A DNA stretch of 46,612 bases from positions 1-46,612 of the IMG/VR virus record IMGVR_UViG_3300017700_000619; one strand, written 5' to 3'. Of the stretch, positions 34,447 to 43,186 are shown piece after piece. The notes under the pieces are model-generated. The model was not told where the DNA came from. It ran no database searches and was given only the letters and a program-made list of their open reading frames with translations. The DNA comes from a virus (lineage: Duplodnaviria; Caudoviricetes). Numbering within the stretch: position 1 is the stretch's first letter; each line of letters opens with the position of its first letter. Position numbers and translations under genes: made by a program.

Positions 34447-35025
34447 GTGACGGTTGAAATCAAATCGCTCTTTACCGGAGCAGTTCTTAAGACAGTTGAC
34501 GGCGCCAACCTGCGCGGCGCCGACCTGCACGGCGCCGACCTGCACGGCGCCGACCTGCACGGCGCCGACCTGTACGACGCCGACCTGCGCAGCGCCAACC
34601 TGCGCGGCGCCAACCTGCGCGGCGCCAACCTGTACGACGCCGACCTGCGCAGCGCCAACCTGCGCGGCGCCAACCTGCGCAGCGCCGACCTGTACGGCGC
34701 CAACCTGCGCGGCGCCGACCTGCGCGGCGCCGACCTGCACGGCGCCGACCTGCAAGGCGCCGACCTGCACGGCGCCGACCTGTACGGCGCCGACGACGCG
34801 AAACAAATCGCGGAGAAGTTGGTCGCTTCGGTTACGCGCAGCGACGGCTACGAGTTCTTCACATTCACTCTGCAGAATGGCGAACCCCACATACTGGCGG
34901 GCTGCCGCTGGTTCACGATCGCCGAGTTCCGCGCGCATGCCGAGGAGACATACCCCGGCACCGCCAAGCAAGTCGAGACTAACCAGATCCTCGACTTCCT
35001 TACTCTGCGGCTCGCTGCACAGTGA
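34447..35025 (+). CDS. Pentapeptide repeat protein
   Basis: 19 complete xA(D/N)Lx repeats plus a C-terminal AGCRWFT domain; SD GGAGGA before GTG 34447. Confidence 0.9.
   Translation: MTVEIKSLFTGAVLKTVDGANLRGADLHGADLHGADLHGADLYDADLRSANLRGANLRGANLYDADLRSANLRGANLRSADLYGANLRGADLRGADLHGADLQGADLHGADLYGADDAKQIAEKLVASVTRSDGYEFFTFTLQNGEPHILAGCRWFTIAEFRAHAEETYPGTAKQVETNQILDFLTLRLAAQ
34501..34794 (+). repeat. 15-nt tandem repeats encoding the pentapeptides
   Basis: GGCGCC(G/A)ACCTG(C/T)nn units. Confidence 0.95.
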
Positions 35026-35120
35026 ACATCCGCGTTCGCCACATCGCCGCAATCACATTCTTCGGGCTGCTCGCCGGCCTGTTTCTTTCGCTGCTCGTTT
35101 CGACGCGCAGCCTGTTTTAA
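35022..35120 (+). CDS. 32-aa hydrophobic peptide (not in the ORF track)
   Basis: GTGA overlap with the upstream stop; MNIRVRHIAAITFFGLLAGLFLSLLVSTRSLF. Confidence 0.4.
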   Translation: MNIRVRHIAAITFFGLLAGLFLSLLVSTRSLF

Positions 35121-35140
35121 CCTGATGGAGGACTAAGCCT

Positions 35141-35587
35141 ATGAACACTGCTGGAGAAACGATCGGCCAATACGTGCCGAGCGACTACTACAAGCGCCAG
35201 ACAGCGCTGCACCACTCGAACGGCGACCTGACCAAGGCCCGCGAAATCTACGCCTTCCTGATCGAAGGCGCCGACACCTCGTCCGGCCCGGTCGCCGAGG
35301 CCGTGAAGGCCCCCAAGAAAGAGACGAAAGGCAAGACGACTGCCGACACCAAGCTCGAAACGGCCGGTGTGCGCGAGCAGGTCGAGGAAGCCAAGACCGA
35401 GGCCGTTCTTGATTACGCCAAGGACGTGCAACCCGTCGTCCTCAAGGCCGGCGCCCACAACCGCGCAGCGACACTCAAGCTGATTAGCGACCTCGGCGCG
35501 GGCCACGCCAAGGACGTGGCCGTCGAGAAGCGCGCCGAGCTGGTCGCGGGCTGCGAGAAGATCCTGGAGGCAGCGGCCAATGCTTAA
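35141..35587 (+). CDS. Hypothetical protein typical of the position upstream of DUF2800 in APSE-like replication modules
   Basis: SD GGAGG; helical C-terminal domain. Confidence 0.7.
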   Translation: MNTAGETIGQYVPSDYYKRQTALHHSNGDLTKAREIYAFLIEGADTSSGPVAEAVKAPKKETKGKTTADTKLETAGVREQVEEAKTEAVLDYAKDVQPVVLKAGAHNRAATLKLISDLGAGHAKDVAVEKRAELVAGCEKILEAAANA

Positions 35588-35918
35588 GATCGAGGATCTG
35601 AAAGCAGGAATGGTTCTCCGGGACCGTGCCGGCGACACCTACGACGTGCAGGCTGTTCTTGAACGGCACTACATGGTGGCGGGCCAGTGGACCATAAAAG
35701 GCAAGCTCCAACCACCCTGCCTTTGCGAGATGGAAGATCTCGCTGCTCTGGGCGCCGAGATCCAGAAACCGAAGCTGGTTCGCTACGTCAACGTCTATTC
35801 GGACATCGCTAATTACGCGCCTCCGAAAACGGTGGACGAGGCCGACGCCGAAAACGACGGCGGCAACCGGGTCGCCCGCGTCCGTATCGAGTTCGAGGAA
35901 GGCCAGTTCGATGACTGA
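35580..35918 (+). CDS. Hypothetical protein
   Basis: 112 aa, coupled to both neighbours. Confidence 0.65.
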   Translation: MLKIEDLKAGMVLRDRAGDTYDVQAVLERHYMVAGQWTIKGKLQPPCLCEMEDLAALGAEIQKPKLVRYVNVYSDIANYAPPKTVDEADAENDGGNRVARVRIEFEEGQFDD

Positions 35919-37194
35919 GGAAGCGGCACACGCCAAGCTCAGTCCCTCCGGGGCCGAGAAGATCATCGCCTGCCCCGGCTCGCTGGCTATGGAGGAGGAC
36001 TACCCAGATACCTCCTCCAAGTTCGCGGACGAGGGCACGGCTGCCCACACACTGGCGTCCTGGGTCCTGGAGGGCAATCACCCGTCAACCGAGGCGTTCC
36101 TCGGTCGGCGGATCGAGGTTAGCCCGTCCTACACCCACGAAGTCGACAAGGAGATGTGCGAGGAAGTCCAGAAATACGTGGACTTCGTGCGAGGCTGCGC
36201 GACCAACGGCATGACGCTGCTGGTTGAGCAGAAGGTCAACTTCTCGCGGAGCATCGGCGTTGACGACGCTCTGGCGTGGGGCACTTCCGACGCCATTCTC
36301 GTTGGCGAGGGCCGGGTCATCATCGGCGACTTGAAGTACGGCCGCGGCGTTCGTGTCATGGCCGCCGACAACAAGCAGATGAAGACCTACGCCCTCGGCG
36401 TCCTCGACACCTTCGACATGGTGTTCGACTTCAAGGACACCGACCAGGTCACGCTGTTCATCCACCAGCCCCGCCTCAACCATGTCGACGTGTGGCCTGC
36501 CGCCGGCGACCCGCCCGTTACCGTCGCCGACATCCGCGCCTTCGCCAAGGAGTGGGCCACGGCCGCGATCGACGTGGCCGCGGCGTTCCGCGCCAAGGCC
36601 GGTGGTTACAAGACGGTCAAGATGGAAGCCTACCTGCACCCCACAACCAAAGGTTGCATGTGGTGCAAGGCGAAGGCGAACTGCCCGGCGCTGCAGGACT
36701 TCGTGCAGGAAACGGTCGGCATGCAGTTCGAGGATCTGACGGCCGGTAACACCGCGGACCCTCGGTTCGTTGTCGCCGAGATGGGCGACAACTCCCTGCC
36801 CGCCGCCATGGCCGCCATCGACCTTATCGAGGACTTCTGCACGGCAGTCCGCGCCGAGGTCGAACGCCGTCTGCTCGGGGGCCGCAAGGTCAACGGGTAC
36901 AAGCTGGTGGAAGGCAAGCGCGGCAACCGGGCCTGGACTGACGAGAAGGCGGCCGAGAAGCTGCTCAAGGAGTCCTTCCGGTTGCCGCAGGACGACATCT
37001 ACACCAAGAAACTGATAACGGCGCCGGCCGCTGTCAAACTGCTCAAGGGCAGCGAGAAGCGACTGGAGAAAGTACAGGCCCTGATCGGCCAGGCAGACGG
37101 CAAGCCGTCGGTCGCGCCGGTCGACGACCCCCGCAAAGAGTGGACGCCTATGGCGTTCGAGGACGTGAGCACAACGGAGGCTAGTTTCGCATGA
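35911..37194 (+). CDS. DUF2800 Cas4-like PD-(D/E)XK exonuclease
   Basis: HAKLSPS...CPGS, EGTAAH, GTSD...DLKYG, C.WC.AK..CP, GYKLVEG. Confidence 0.9.
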   Translation: MTEEAAHAKLSPSGAEKIIACPGSLAMEEDYPDTSSKFADEGTAAHTLASWVLEGNHPSTEAFLGRRIEVSPSYTHEVDKEMCEEVQKYVDFVRGCATNGMTLLVEQKVNFSRSIGVDDALAWGTSDAILVGEGRVIIGDLKYGRGVRVMAADNKQMKTYALGVLDTFDMVFDFKDTDQVTLFIHQPRLNHVDVWPAAGDPPVTVADIRAFAKEWATAAIDVAAAFRAKAGGYKTVKMEAYLHPTTKGCMWCKAKANCPALQDFVQETVGMQFEDLTAGNTADPRFVVAEMGDNSLPAAMAAIDLIEDFCTAVRAEVERRLLGGRKVNGYKLVEGKRGNRAWTDEKAAEKLLKESFRLPQDDIYTKKLITAPAAVKLLKGSEKRLEKVQALIGQADGKPSVAPVDDPRKEWTPMAFEDVSTTEASFA

Positions 37195-37325
37195 ACTGGA
37201 GCTTTGGCGTATGGGTGATCCCCTTTCGTTGGCGGCTTGAGGCGCACCGCTACCTCACGCTGGACTGCGCGCACGTTCAAGTTGGCCCGTTCTGTTTCGC
37301 CATAGATTGGGGCGGCAACAAATGA
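37191..37325 (+). CDS. 44-aa hypothetical protein (not in the ORF track)
   Basis: ATGA overlaps at both ends. Confidence 0.45.
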   Translation: MNWSFGVWVIPFRWRLEAHRYLTLDCAHVQVGPFCFAIDWGGNK

Positions 37326-38041
37326 CCAAAACCCCCGGCCTACTCCCCCAGAGCTGCCGGGATGAACTCGCCCGCGCCATGCTAATCCCCGATCGTAACC
37401 AGCGGCTCGACGCGATCGACAAGGCAAGAGAACGAGCCGCTTACAACAACCCATCCCTGTTCAAGGAAACCAGTTCAATGCAAGTCAAACTCAAAAATGT
37501 CCGCCTCGCCTTCGGCGATGGCCTGTGGGAAGCCAAGACGGTGCAGGGCGAGGGCAAACCCGCCTTCTCGTGCTCCTTCCTGTTGACGCCGGATCACCCG
37601 CAGCTTGAGGAGATCCGCGACGCCATGAAGGCGGTTGCCAAAGAGAAGTGGGGCGCCAAGGCCCAGGAAGTCTACGGCCTGCTGTCGAAACAGGACCGCC
37701 TGGCGCTGCACGACGGCGACAACAAGGCCAACTACGACGGCTACCCCGGCAACTTCTTTATCTCGGCCCGCAATGCCGCGCGCCCCACGGTCGTCAACAA
37801 GGACCGCTCCGCGCTCACGCAGTCGGACGGCGTCGTCTACTCGGGCTGCTACGTCAACGCCATCGTCGACTTCTGGGCGATGGACAACAAGTACGGCAAA
37901 CGCCTGTGCTGCTCGCTCAGCGGCGTGCAGTTCTATGCCGACGGCGATTCGTTCTCTGGCGCCACCATGGCGACGGCGGATGATTTCGACGACCTGGGCG
38001 CCGATGCCGGCGCTTCGGGTGCAAAAGCTGACGCTTGGTAG
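37322..38041 (+). CDS. DUF2815 single-stranded DNA-binding protein; probable main start at 37478, in-frame upstream start at 37322
   Basis: NVRLAF, YSGCYVNA, L.GVQF..DGD.F.G, acidic tail ending in Trp. Confidence 0.88.
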   Translation: MTKTPGLLPQSCRDELARAMLIPDRNQRLDAIDKARERAAYNNPSLFKETSSMQVKLKNVRLAFGDGLWEAKTVQGEGKPAFSCSFLLTPDHPQLEEIRDAMKAVAKEKWGAKAQEVYGLLSKQDRLALHDGDNKANYDGYPGNFFISARNAARPTVVNKDRSALTQSDGVVYSGCYVNAIVDFWAMDNKYGKRLCCSLSGVQFYADGDSFSGATMATADDFDDLGADAGASGAKADAW

Positions 38042-38052
38042 GAGGCAGACAC

Positions 38053-38349
38053 ATGGATTTCGGAGACGCAATTCGCTGCCTAAAGCAGGGCGAGAAGCTG
38101 GCGCGTGAGGGCTGGAACGGCAAGAGCATGTTCATTGTGCTCATGCCGGCGCTGTACCTGCCGCCGTACAACACCCAAGAGCCTGGCGCCAAGGTCAACG
38201 ACCGCACCGCCAAACATATCGGCTACGACACGCCGCTCGACTCGCAACCCTACTTTGCGATGAAGACGGCAACCGGGCAATGGCAACCCGGTTGGCTCGC
38301 GTCGCAAGCCGACATGCTCGCTGATGATTGGAGGATTGTCGGCAAATGA
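38053..38349 (+). CDS. tad2: DUF2829 / Tad2-family immune-signal sponge
   Basis: M.FG.A...LK.G....R.GWNGK.MF ... W.ASQ.DMLA.DW signature; SD GGAGG. Confidence 0.85.
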   Translation: MDFGDAIRCLKQGEKLAREGWNGKSMFIVLMPALYLPPYNTQEPGAKVNDRTAKHIGYDTPLDSQPYFAMKTATGQWQPGWLASQADMLADDWRIVGK

Positions 38350-38573
38350 TCCACAAGCCTCGCAACAAGGCCCACGTTCAACGCATGGCGCGGAAACGCG
38401 CCATGCAACTAGCCCGCACCGCGAACTGCTCACCGTTCGGCCGCAAGCTGGTCTGGACACCCATGCGGATGCCAGATGGCACGACCAAGCGCGTGCAGGT
38501 TGGCGTCGAACGCACCGACGAGCAGGGCGATTACCGCGCGAAACACTGGAACAAGGAACAAGCCCATGGGTGA
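38346..38573 (+). CDS. Hypothetical basic protein
   Basis: ATGA-coupled; 75 aa. Confidence 0.55.
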   Translation: MIHKPRNKAHVQRMARKRAMQLARTANCSPFGRKLVWTPMRMPDGTTKRVQVGVERTDEQGDYRAKHWNKEQAHG

Positions 38574-38853
38574 ACCGGGGGTCGGCCACAACTCCGGCGA
38601 TGAACTCGCCGCACAACTGACCCAGGCTGCGCGCGAGAAGCTGCGCCAGACCGTGTCGAAAATCGAGAAGCTGGAGGAGGAGAAAGCCGAAGTCTCCGGC
38701 CAGATCAAGGACACCTACCAGGAAGCCAAGTCGATGGGGTACGATGTGAAAGCGTTGCGCAACGTCGTCAGGCTTCGCAAGAAAGACCGCCAGACGCGCG
38801 AAGAGGAAGAGGCAATCCTCGACACCTACATGCTCGCGCTCGGCGAAATTTAG
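38566..38853 (+). CDS. gapR: GapR (DUF2312) nucleoid-associated protein homolog
   Basis: [11 protein letters not shown]...IKD.Y.EAKS.GYD.K.LR.V..LRK......EEE..LD.Y..ALG. Confidence 0.9.
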   Translation: MGEPGVGHNSGDELAAQLTQAAREKLRQTVSKIEKLEEEKAEVSGQIKDTYQEAKSMGYDVKALRNVVRLRKKDRQTREEEEAILDTYMLALGEI

Positions 38854-38995
38854 AGGGAGATCGTGCCTCTCAACCGCCCGGCAGGCTTGGGCGGCCACAC
38901 AAGACCGGGCTTCGGGGCGTGTGCCCTAGACATGGCGGGATCTCCCTTCGGTGCGAGCCGGGTCATAACCACCGCCAAAGTCCGGTAAGCCTGCC
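38854..38995 (+). ncRNA. Candidate structured RNA with a possible pseudoknot
   Basis: Three complementary pairings within a 170-nt intergenic region. Confidence 0.45.
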
Positions 38996-39022
38996 TTAGC
39001 TTTTGAACAGGAGAACAGGGAC

Positions 39023-39199
39023 GTGAAGTACGAGGTTTACCAGGACAGCACGGACGAGTGGCGCTGGCGCGCACGCGCCAGGAATGGGCGCATCGTAGCC
39101 GACTCGGGCGAGAGCTATCAGCGCCGCGCCGGCGCGTACAAGGCGGCCAAGCGTTGCTGGGAAATGAACCAGTCAATGCACTTTGTGGTGGAGGTGTAG
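39023..39199 (+). CDS. DUF1508 / YegP-family protein (58 aa, not in the ORF track)
   Basis: MKYEVYQDSTDEWRWRARARNGRIVADSGESY matches the WRWR..A.NG.I.A.SGE.Y signature; SD AGGAG. Confidence 0.8.
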   Translation: MKYEVYQDSTDEWRWRARARNGRIVADSGESYQRRAGAYKAAKRCWEMNQSMHFVVEV

Positions 39200-39400
39200 A
39201 TGTCCCCGGAATTGGTACTTGGCGTCTATATCGTCGGTGTCATGCTGTGGTCGTTTGTCGCCGGATTGCTCGGCGGCGAGGGGGAAGGTTTAACACCGTT
39301 CGGCGTGCTGTGGCCGATGTTCGCGATAGCGGCAGTCTGCGCCCTGCCCCTCCTCGGCCCGTACTACTTGGCCCGCTGGATCAAGAGGAAACCAACATGA
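39200..39400 (+). CDS. Small membrane protein
   Basis: 66 aa with two hydrophobic segments; SD GGAGG. Confidence 0.6.
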   Translation: MSPELVLGVYIVGVMLWSFVAGLLGGEGEGLTPFGVLWPMFAIAAVCALPLLGPYYLARWIKRKPT

Positions 39401-39732
39401 CCGAGCAGGATCTCAAACCCTGGGACGCCGCGTACACTGACGCCTACGGCCCGACCTACAGCACCAAGAAAGCCCCGGCGTTAAGCCGGGTGCCGCGGGG
39501 GCATTGGCGCAACACGTTTCGTATTACCGGGCTAACCGACGCTAGCCAGGGCGAGTGGGCGGATGGTGTTTGGGAACATCTGGGCGGAGAATATTGGCGC
39601 GATCCTGACAAGTTCGTAAGTCGCGAAATGGCGGAACAAGGGATGCTAGAAACTCTAGCGGCCTACAAAAACGCACCTAACCATTTCTACGAGCCCACCT
39701 GGATAGACTCCGAGTTCTTCCCGATCACATGA
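39397..39732 (+). CDS. Hypothetical protein
   Basis: ATGA-coupled at both ends; SD GAGGA. Confidence 0.65.
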   Translation: MTEQDLKPWDAAYTDAYGPTYSTKKAPALSRVPRGHWRNTFRITGLTDASQGEWADGVWEHLGGEYWRDPDKFVSREMAEQGMLETLAAYKNAPNHFYEPTWIDSEFFPIT

Positions 39733-41816
39733 CCGTCCTTTTTTTAGACACAGAAACCTGGAGCGAGACGCCGATCACCCACGGCACGGCAAAATACGCC
39801 GAATCCGCCGAGGTCATGATCGCCACCTATGCGTTCGACGACGGCCCGGTGGAAACACTGGAATTTCCGGCGCGCGGCGATATCGAGGAGCTTGTTATGT
39901 TTGCCGACGAGGTCGTCATTCATAACAGCTTCTTCGATCGCACCGTCATCCGCCACGCGCTCGGCATCGACATTCCCACGTCCAAGATATTCGACACCAT
40001 GGCGTGCGCCCTGTCGCACTCCCTGCCCGGCGCCCTCGGCACGCTGTGCGCCGTTATGGGCGTCAGCGCGGACGAGGCCAAGGACAAGTCCGGCCGCGAA
40101 CTGATTCATTTATTTTGTAAGCCCCGGCCTAAAACATCCAAGCTGCGCCGCGCCACCAAGGCGACACACCCGACCGAATGGGCGCAGTTCCTGAAATATG
40201 CCGGCTCCGACATTCTGGCGATGCGAGCGCTCTACAAGAAACTGCCCCGCTGGAACTACGATATGGGCAAGCCCGAACACGCCCTATGGCAGCTTGACCA
40301 GGCGATAAACGATCGGGGGATTGCCGTCGACATCGACCTCGCCCACGCCGCCATCCTCGCCGTGAAGTCCGAGAAGGACGAGCTGGCCTATCGCGTGCAA
40401 GAGATGACCCGCGGCGACGTGCAGGCCGCAACGCAGCGCGCCGCCATGCTGGAGCACATTCTCAAGGAGTACGGGATCACCCTGCCCGACCTGCAGAAGG
40501 GCACGCTGGAGCGCCGCATCGCTGACGAGAGCCTGCCCGAGCCGGTGCGCGAGCTGCTGCGCATCCGTCTGCAAGCCTCCACCACGTCCACCAGCAAGTA
40601 CACGGCGCTGGTCAAGGGCGCCAGCAGCGACGGCAGACTGCGCGGCACGCTCCAGTATTGCGGGGCTGCGCGCACGGGCCGCTGGGCTGGTCGCCTGTTC
40701 CAACCCCAGAACCTGCCGCGCACGCCCGACAGCTACGACGAGGTCCAGCAGGAGGCCGAGATCGCGGCCTTCAAGCAGGGCGTTGCCGAGTTCGCCATCG
40801 CCAACGTGATCGAGGCGGCGACGTTCGCGATCCGGGGCTCCATGGTGGCGTCAGAGGGCAAGCGCCTCGCCGTCGCCGACTTGTCGAACATCGAGGGCCG
40901 GGTGTTGGCCTGGCTCGCAGGCGAGACGTGGAAGCTGCAGGCGTTCCGGGATTACGACGAGGGCCGCGGGCCGGATCTCTACAAGGTCACGGCAGGACGC
41001 ATCCTGAACAAGCCTTCAAGCGAGGTCACGAAGGACGAGCGCCAGACAAGTGGTAAGGTTCCAGAACTCGCGTGCGGCTATCAAGGCGCCGCCGGCGCCT
41101 TCGCCTCCATGGCCCAACTCTACGGCCTTAGTCTGTCCAAGGACGAGGTCGTCAAGATCGTCAAGCAATGGCGCAAGGCCCACCCGGCAACCGTGAAATT
41201 CTGGTACGGGCTGGAGGACGCCGCGCGCAACGCGGTCAACAACCAGGGGCAGGTCTTCTCGTTCGGGCGTATCGACTTCCGCCGCGAGGGAGCGTGGTTA
41301 CGCATGCGTCTGCCGTCTGGGCGGGTGCTGTGCTACCCCTCGCCCCGGATCGAGGACTGCAAGTCGCCCTGCCCCAAGTGCAACGGCGACGGAGTCGTGT
41401 TTCCCGACGGAGTCAGCCCCGCAACATTCTTGCCGAGCGACGATCAGCACGCGATCAAGTGCTCCAAGTGCAACGGATCGGGCCACGTCTGGCGGTCCCA
41501 GCTCACCTACATGGGTATCAACCAGTACACCCGGAAATGGGATCGCATCAAAACCTATGGCGGCAAGCTGGCCGAGAACGCCACGCAGGCGACAGCGCGG
41601 GACGTGATCGCCTGCGGCATGCGCGCCGCTACGGAAGTCGGGTTCGAGATGCTGCTCTCGGTCCACGACGAGAACATTACCGAGGTTCCCAAGACCAGCA
41701 ACTTGAACTCGGGCGTGTTGTGCGAGTGCCTGACAGGCGCGCACGGCCATCTGGAATGGACGAAAGGCTTGCCACTGGCGGCGGCCGGATTTGATTCGGA
41801 GAGGTATAGGAAATGA
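39729..41816 (+). CDS. polA: Family A DNA polymerase with 3'-5' exonuclease and an inserted CxxCxGxG zinc finger
   Basis: DTET exonuclease I, TGRW, DLSNIEGR (motif A), K..EL..GY (motif B), VHDE (motif C). Confidence 0.93.
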   Translation: MTVLFLDTETWSETPITHGTAKYAESAEVMIATYAFDDGPVETLEFPARGDIEELVMFADEVVIHNSFFDRTVIRHALGIDIPTSKIFDTMACALSHSLPGALGTLCAVMGVSADEAKDKSGRELIHLFCKPRPKTSKLRRATKATHPTEWAQFLKYAGSDILAMRALYKKLPRWNYDMGKPEHALWQLDQAINDRGIAVDIDLAHAAILAVKSEKDELAYRVQEMTRGDVQAATQRAAMLEHILKEYGITLPDLQKGTLERRIADESLPEPVRELLRIRLQASTTSTSKYTALVKGASSDGRLRGTLQYCGAARTGRWAGRLFQPQNLPRTPDSYDEVQQEAEIAAFKQGVAEFAIANVIEAATFAIRGSMVASEGKRLAVADLSNIEGRVLAWLAGETWKLQAFRDYDEGRGPDLYKVTAGRILNKPSSEVTKDERQTSGKVPELACGYQGAAGAFASMAQLYGLSLSKDEVVKIVKQWRKAHPATVKFWYGLEDAARNAVNNQGQVFSFGRIDFRREGAWLRMRLPSGRVLCYPSPRIEDCKSPCPKCNGDGVVFPDGVSPATFLPSDDQHAIKCSKCNGSGHVWRSQLTYMGINQYTRKWDRIKTYGGKLAENATQATARDVIACGMRAATEVGFEMLLSVHDENITEVPKTSNLNSGVLCECLTGAHGHLEWTKGLPLAAAGFDSERYRK

Positions 41817-41998
41817 TAGAGCGGAACGCCATAAAGTGCCGGAGCTGCGGAGACGAAATAGAAAGCACGCACCGCCACGATTTTAAAACGTGCAGTTGCG
41901 GCAAGGTGGCCGTGGACGGCGGCAAGGAATACCTGCGGCGTCTGTTTCCCAGCGGAGCGCCGCTTGACCATTTCGAGGAGTTGTCAGTTGAAACCTGA
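41813..41998 (+). CDS. Small zinc-binding phage protein
   Basis: C..C.D.IES..RHD...C.CG..AVDGG. Confidence 0.8.
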   Translation: MIERNAIKCRSCGDEIESTHRHDFKTCSCGKVAVDGGKEYLRRLFPSGAPLDHFEELSVET

Positions 41999-42254
41999 CC
42001 AGCCCCTGTTCCTCGCCCGCAAGCTCGAATCACTGGCGAAGTGGTTCGAACCCAACGACTACCAGAAACAAGCCGGGCGCATGCGCTTCCTGATCGCGAC
42101 GACAGACGCCGAGCAAGCCGTCGCCCTGCTCAAGGAAGCGTGCGAGCAGATGGAGCGCTACCAGCGTCTGCTCGCGTCAACTGCGAAAGCGGCCCCCGTG
42201 GGTAAACCCAGAGGGCCGCGTCCTAAGGTAACTGCGGAGGAGATGGCCGAGTGA
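41964..42254 (+). CDS. Hypothetical protein (start uncertain)
   Basis: Fills the operon; coupled to the downstream ORF. Confidence 0.55.
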   Translation: MTISRSCQLKPDQPLFLARKLESLAKWFEPNDYQKQAGRMRFLIATTDAEQAVALLKEACEQMERYQRLLASTAKAAPVGKPRGPRPKVTAEEMAE

Positions 42255-42580
42255 GCGACCCGACAGGGGACTATTACAAGTACGCGTACAATCACCGGGC
42301 CGCCTACACCCCAAAGCGTCTCGTCGCCACATCCTCCGACGAGGTGTGGGACGAGACGCGCGGGGAGTTTGTCTTACCGGACTACGCGAAGGTGCGCGCC
42401 CCGCAACCGCAGCAGCTCAAGTTCTTCCGCCGCTGTTACCGTGCCATCGGGTATGGTCTTAACTGGCTTGGCGCGCTTTACGTGGCGGGCTGCTGCCTTT
42501 TTGGAACGGGCTTTCTCTGCTTCCAGCTTGCGCGCCTCGTGGCGAGCGCTGTGTTCCAGGCCGAAGATACCGGCCGCTAG
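42251..42580 (+). CDS. Hypothetical protein with C-terminal hydrophobic segment
   Basis: GTGA-coupled start; 3' part is antisense to 42374-43186. Confidence 0.4.
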   Translation: MSDPTGDYYKYAYNHRAAYTPKRLVATSSDEVWDETRGEFVLPDYAKVRAPQPQQLKFFRRCYRAIGYGLNWLGALYVAGCCLFGTGFLCFQLARLVASAVFQAEDTGR

Positions 42581-43186
42581 GACCAGGTCGAGCAGGGCGC
42601 CGAACACCAGGACATAGACGCTCTCGACGACACTGTGGTAGGGCGCAACCATAAGTTGTTTCTTATCGACGACGCCCTCTGCAATACGAATTTCCCTATC
42701 AGCGCGGTCGAGCTTGTCGGTGTAGCGCTTGTCGGCCTGCGCGCGGGTGTTGAGGCAGGGCTGGCAGGTGATGACCTCGGGCTCGATCGCGTCGCGCTTG
42801 GCCTGCAGCGCCACCACACGGGCCTTGGCGGCAGCGACTTCTGCCAGGGGGGCGGCTTGCGCCTTCTCGTGGGCGGCCTTGCGGGGGGCCTCGATAAGCG
42901 TCTCGTTGGCGTGCTCGGTCGAGTAGGCGGTCCAACCCATGAACAGAGCGGCGGGGAGGATGAACACGACCGAGAGCTTGTGGCGGCCGAGCTGACCGGC
43001 GCAGATCGGCACGACAAAGGCGGCGGCGCCGGCCAGTGTAGCCAGCGGGAGACGCTGCCACAGGTCGCCGGGTCCGAGCATCCAGCCAAGTACACCGAAC
43101 GCGCCGACTGCTATGGATACTGCGATGAAGACTAGACGACCGACAAGGAACGTCTTGGGCTTTGCTTTTTTGTGCTTCCGTCTCAT
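42374..43186 (-). CDS. Multi-TM coiled-coil membrane protein on the opposite strand
   Basis: SD AAGGAG; three TM segments, coiled coil with CQPC, fourth TM, basic tail. Confidence 0.75.
   Translation of the reverse strand: MRRKHKKAKPKTFLVGRLVFIAVSIAVGAFGVLGWMLGPGDLWQRLPLATLAGAAAFVVPICAGQLGRHKLSVVFILPAALFMGWTAYSTEHANETLIEAPRKAAHEKAQAAPLAEVAAAKARVVALQAKRDAIEPEVITCQPCLNTRAQADKRYTDKLDRADREIRIAEGVVDKKQLMVAPYHSVVESVYVLVFGALLDLVLAAGIFGLEHSARHEARKLEAEKARSKKAAARHVKRAKPVKTIPDGTVTAAEELELLRLRGAHLRVVR

Noticed and set aside
34501-34794. CRISPR-like array
   Set aside because: These are contiguous 15-nt coding repeats without unique spacers. The DUF2800 Cas4-like gene is a normal phage replication nuclease.
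41358-41490. Intein in the polymerase
   Set aside because: Too short and lacks the terminal His-Asn and splicing blocks; better explained as a zinc-finger insertion.
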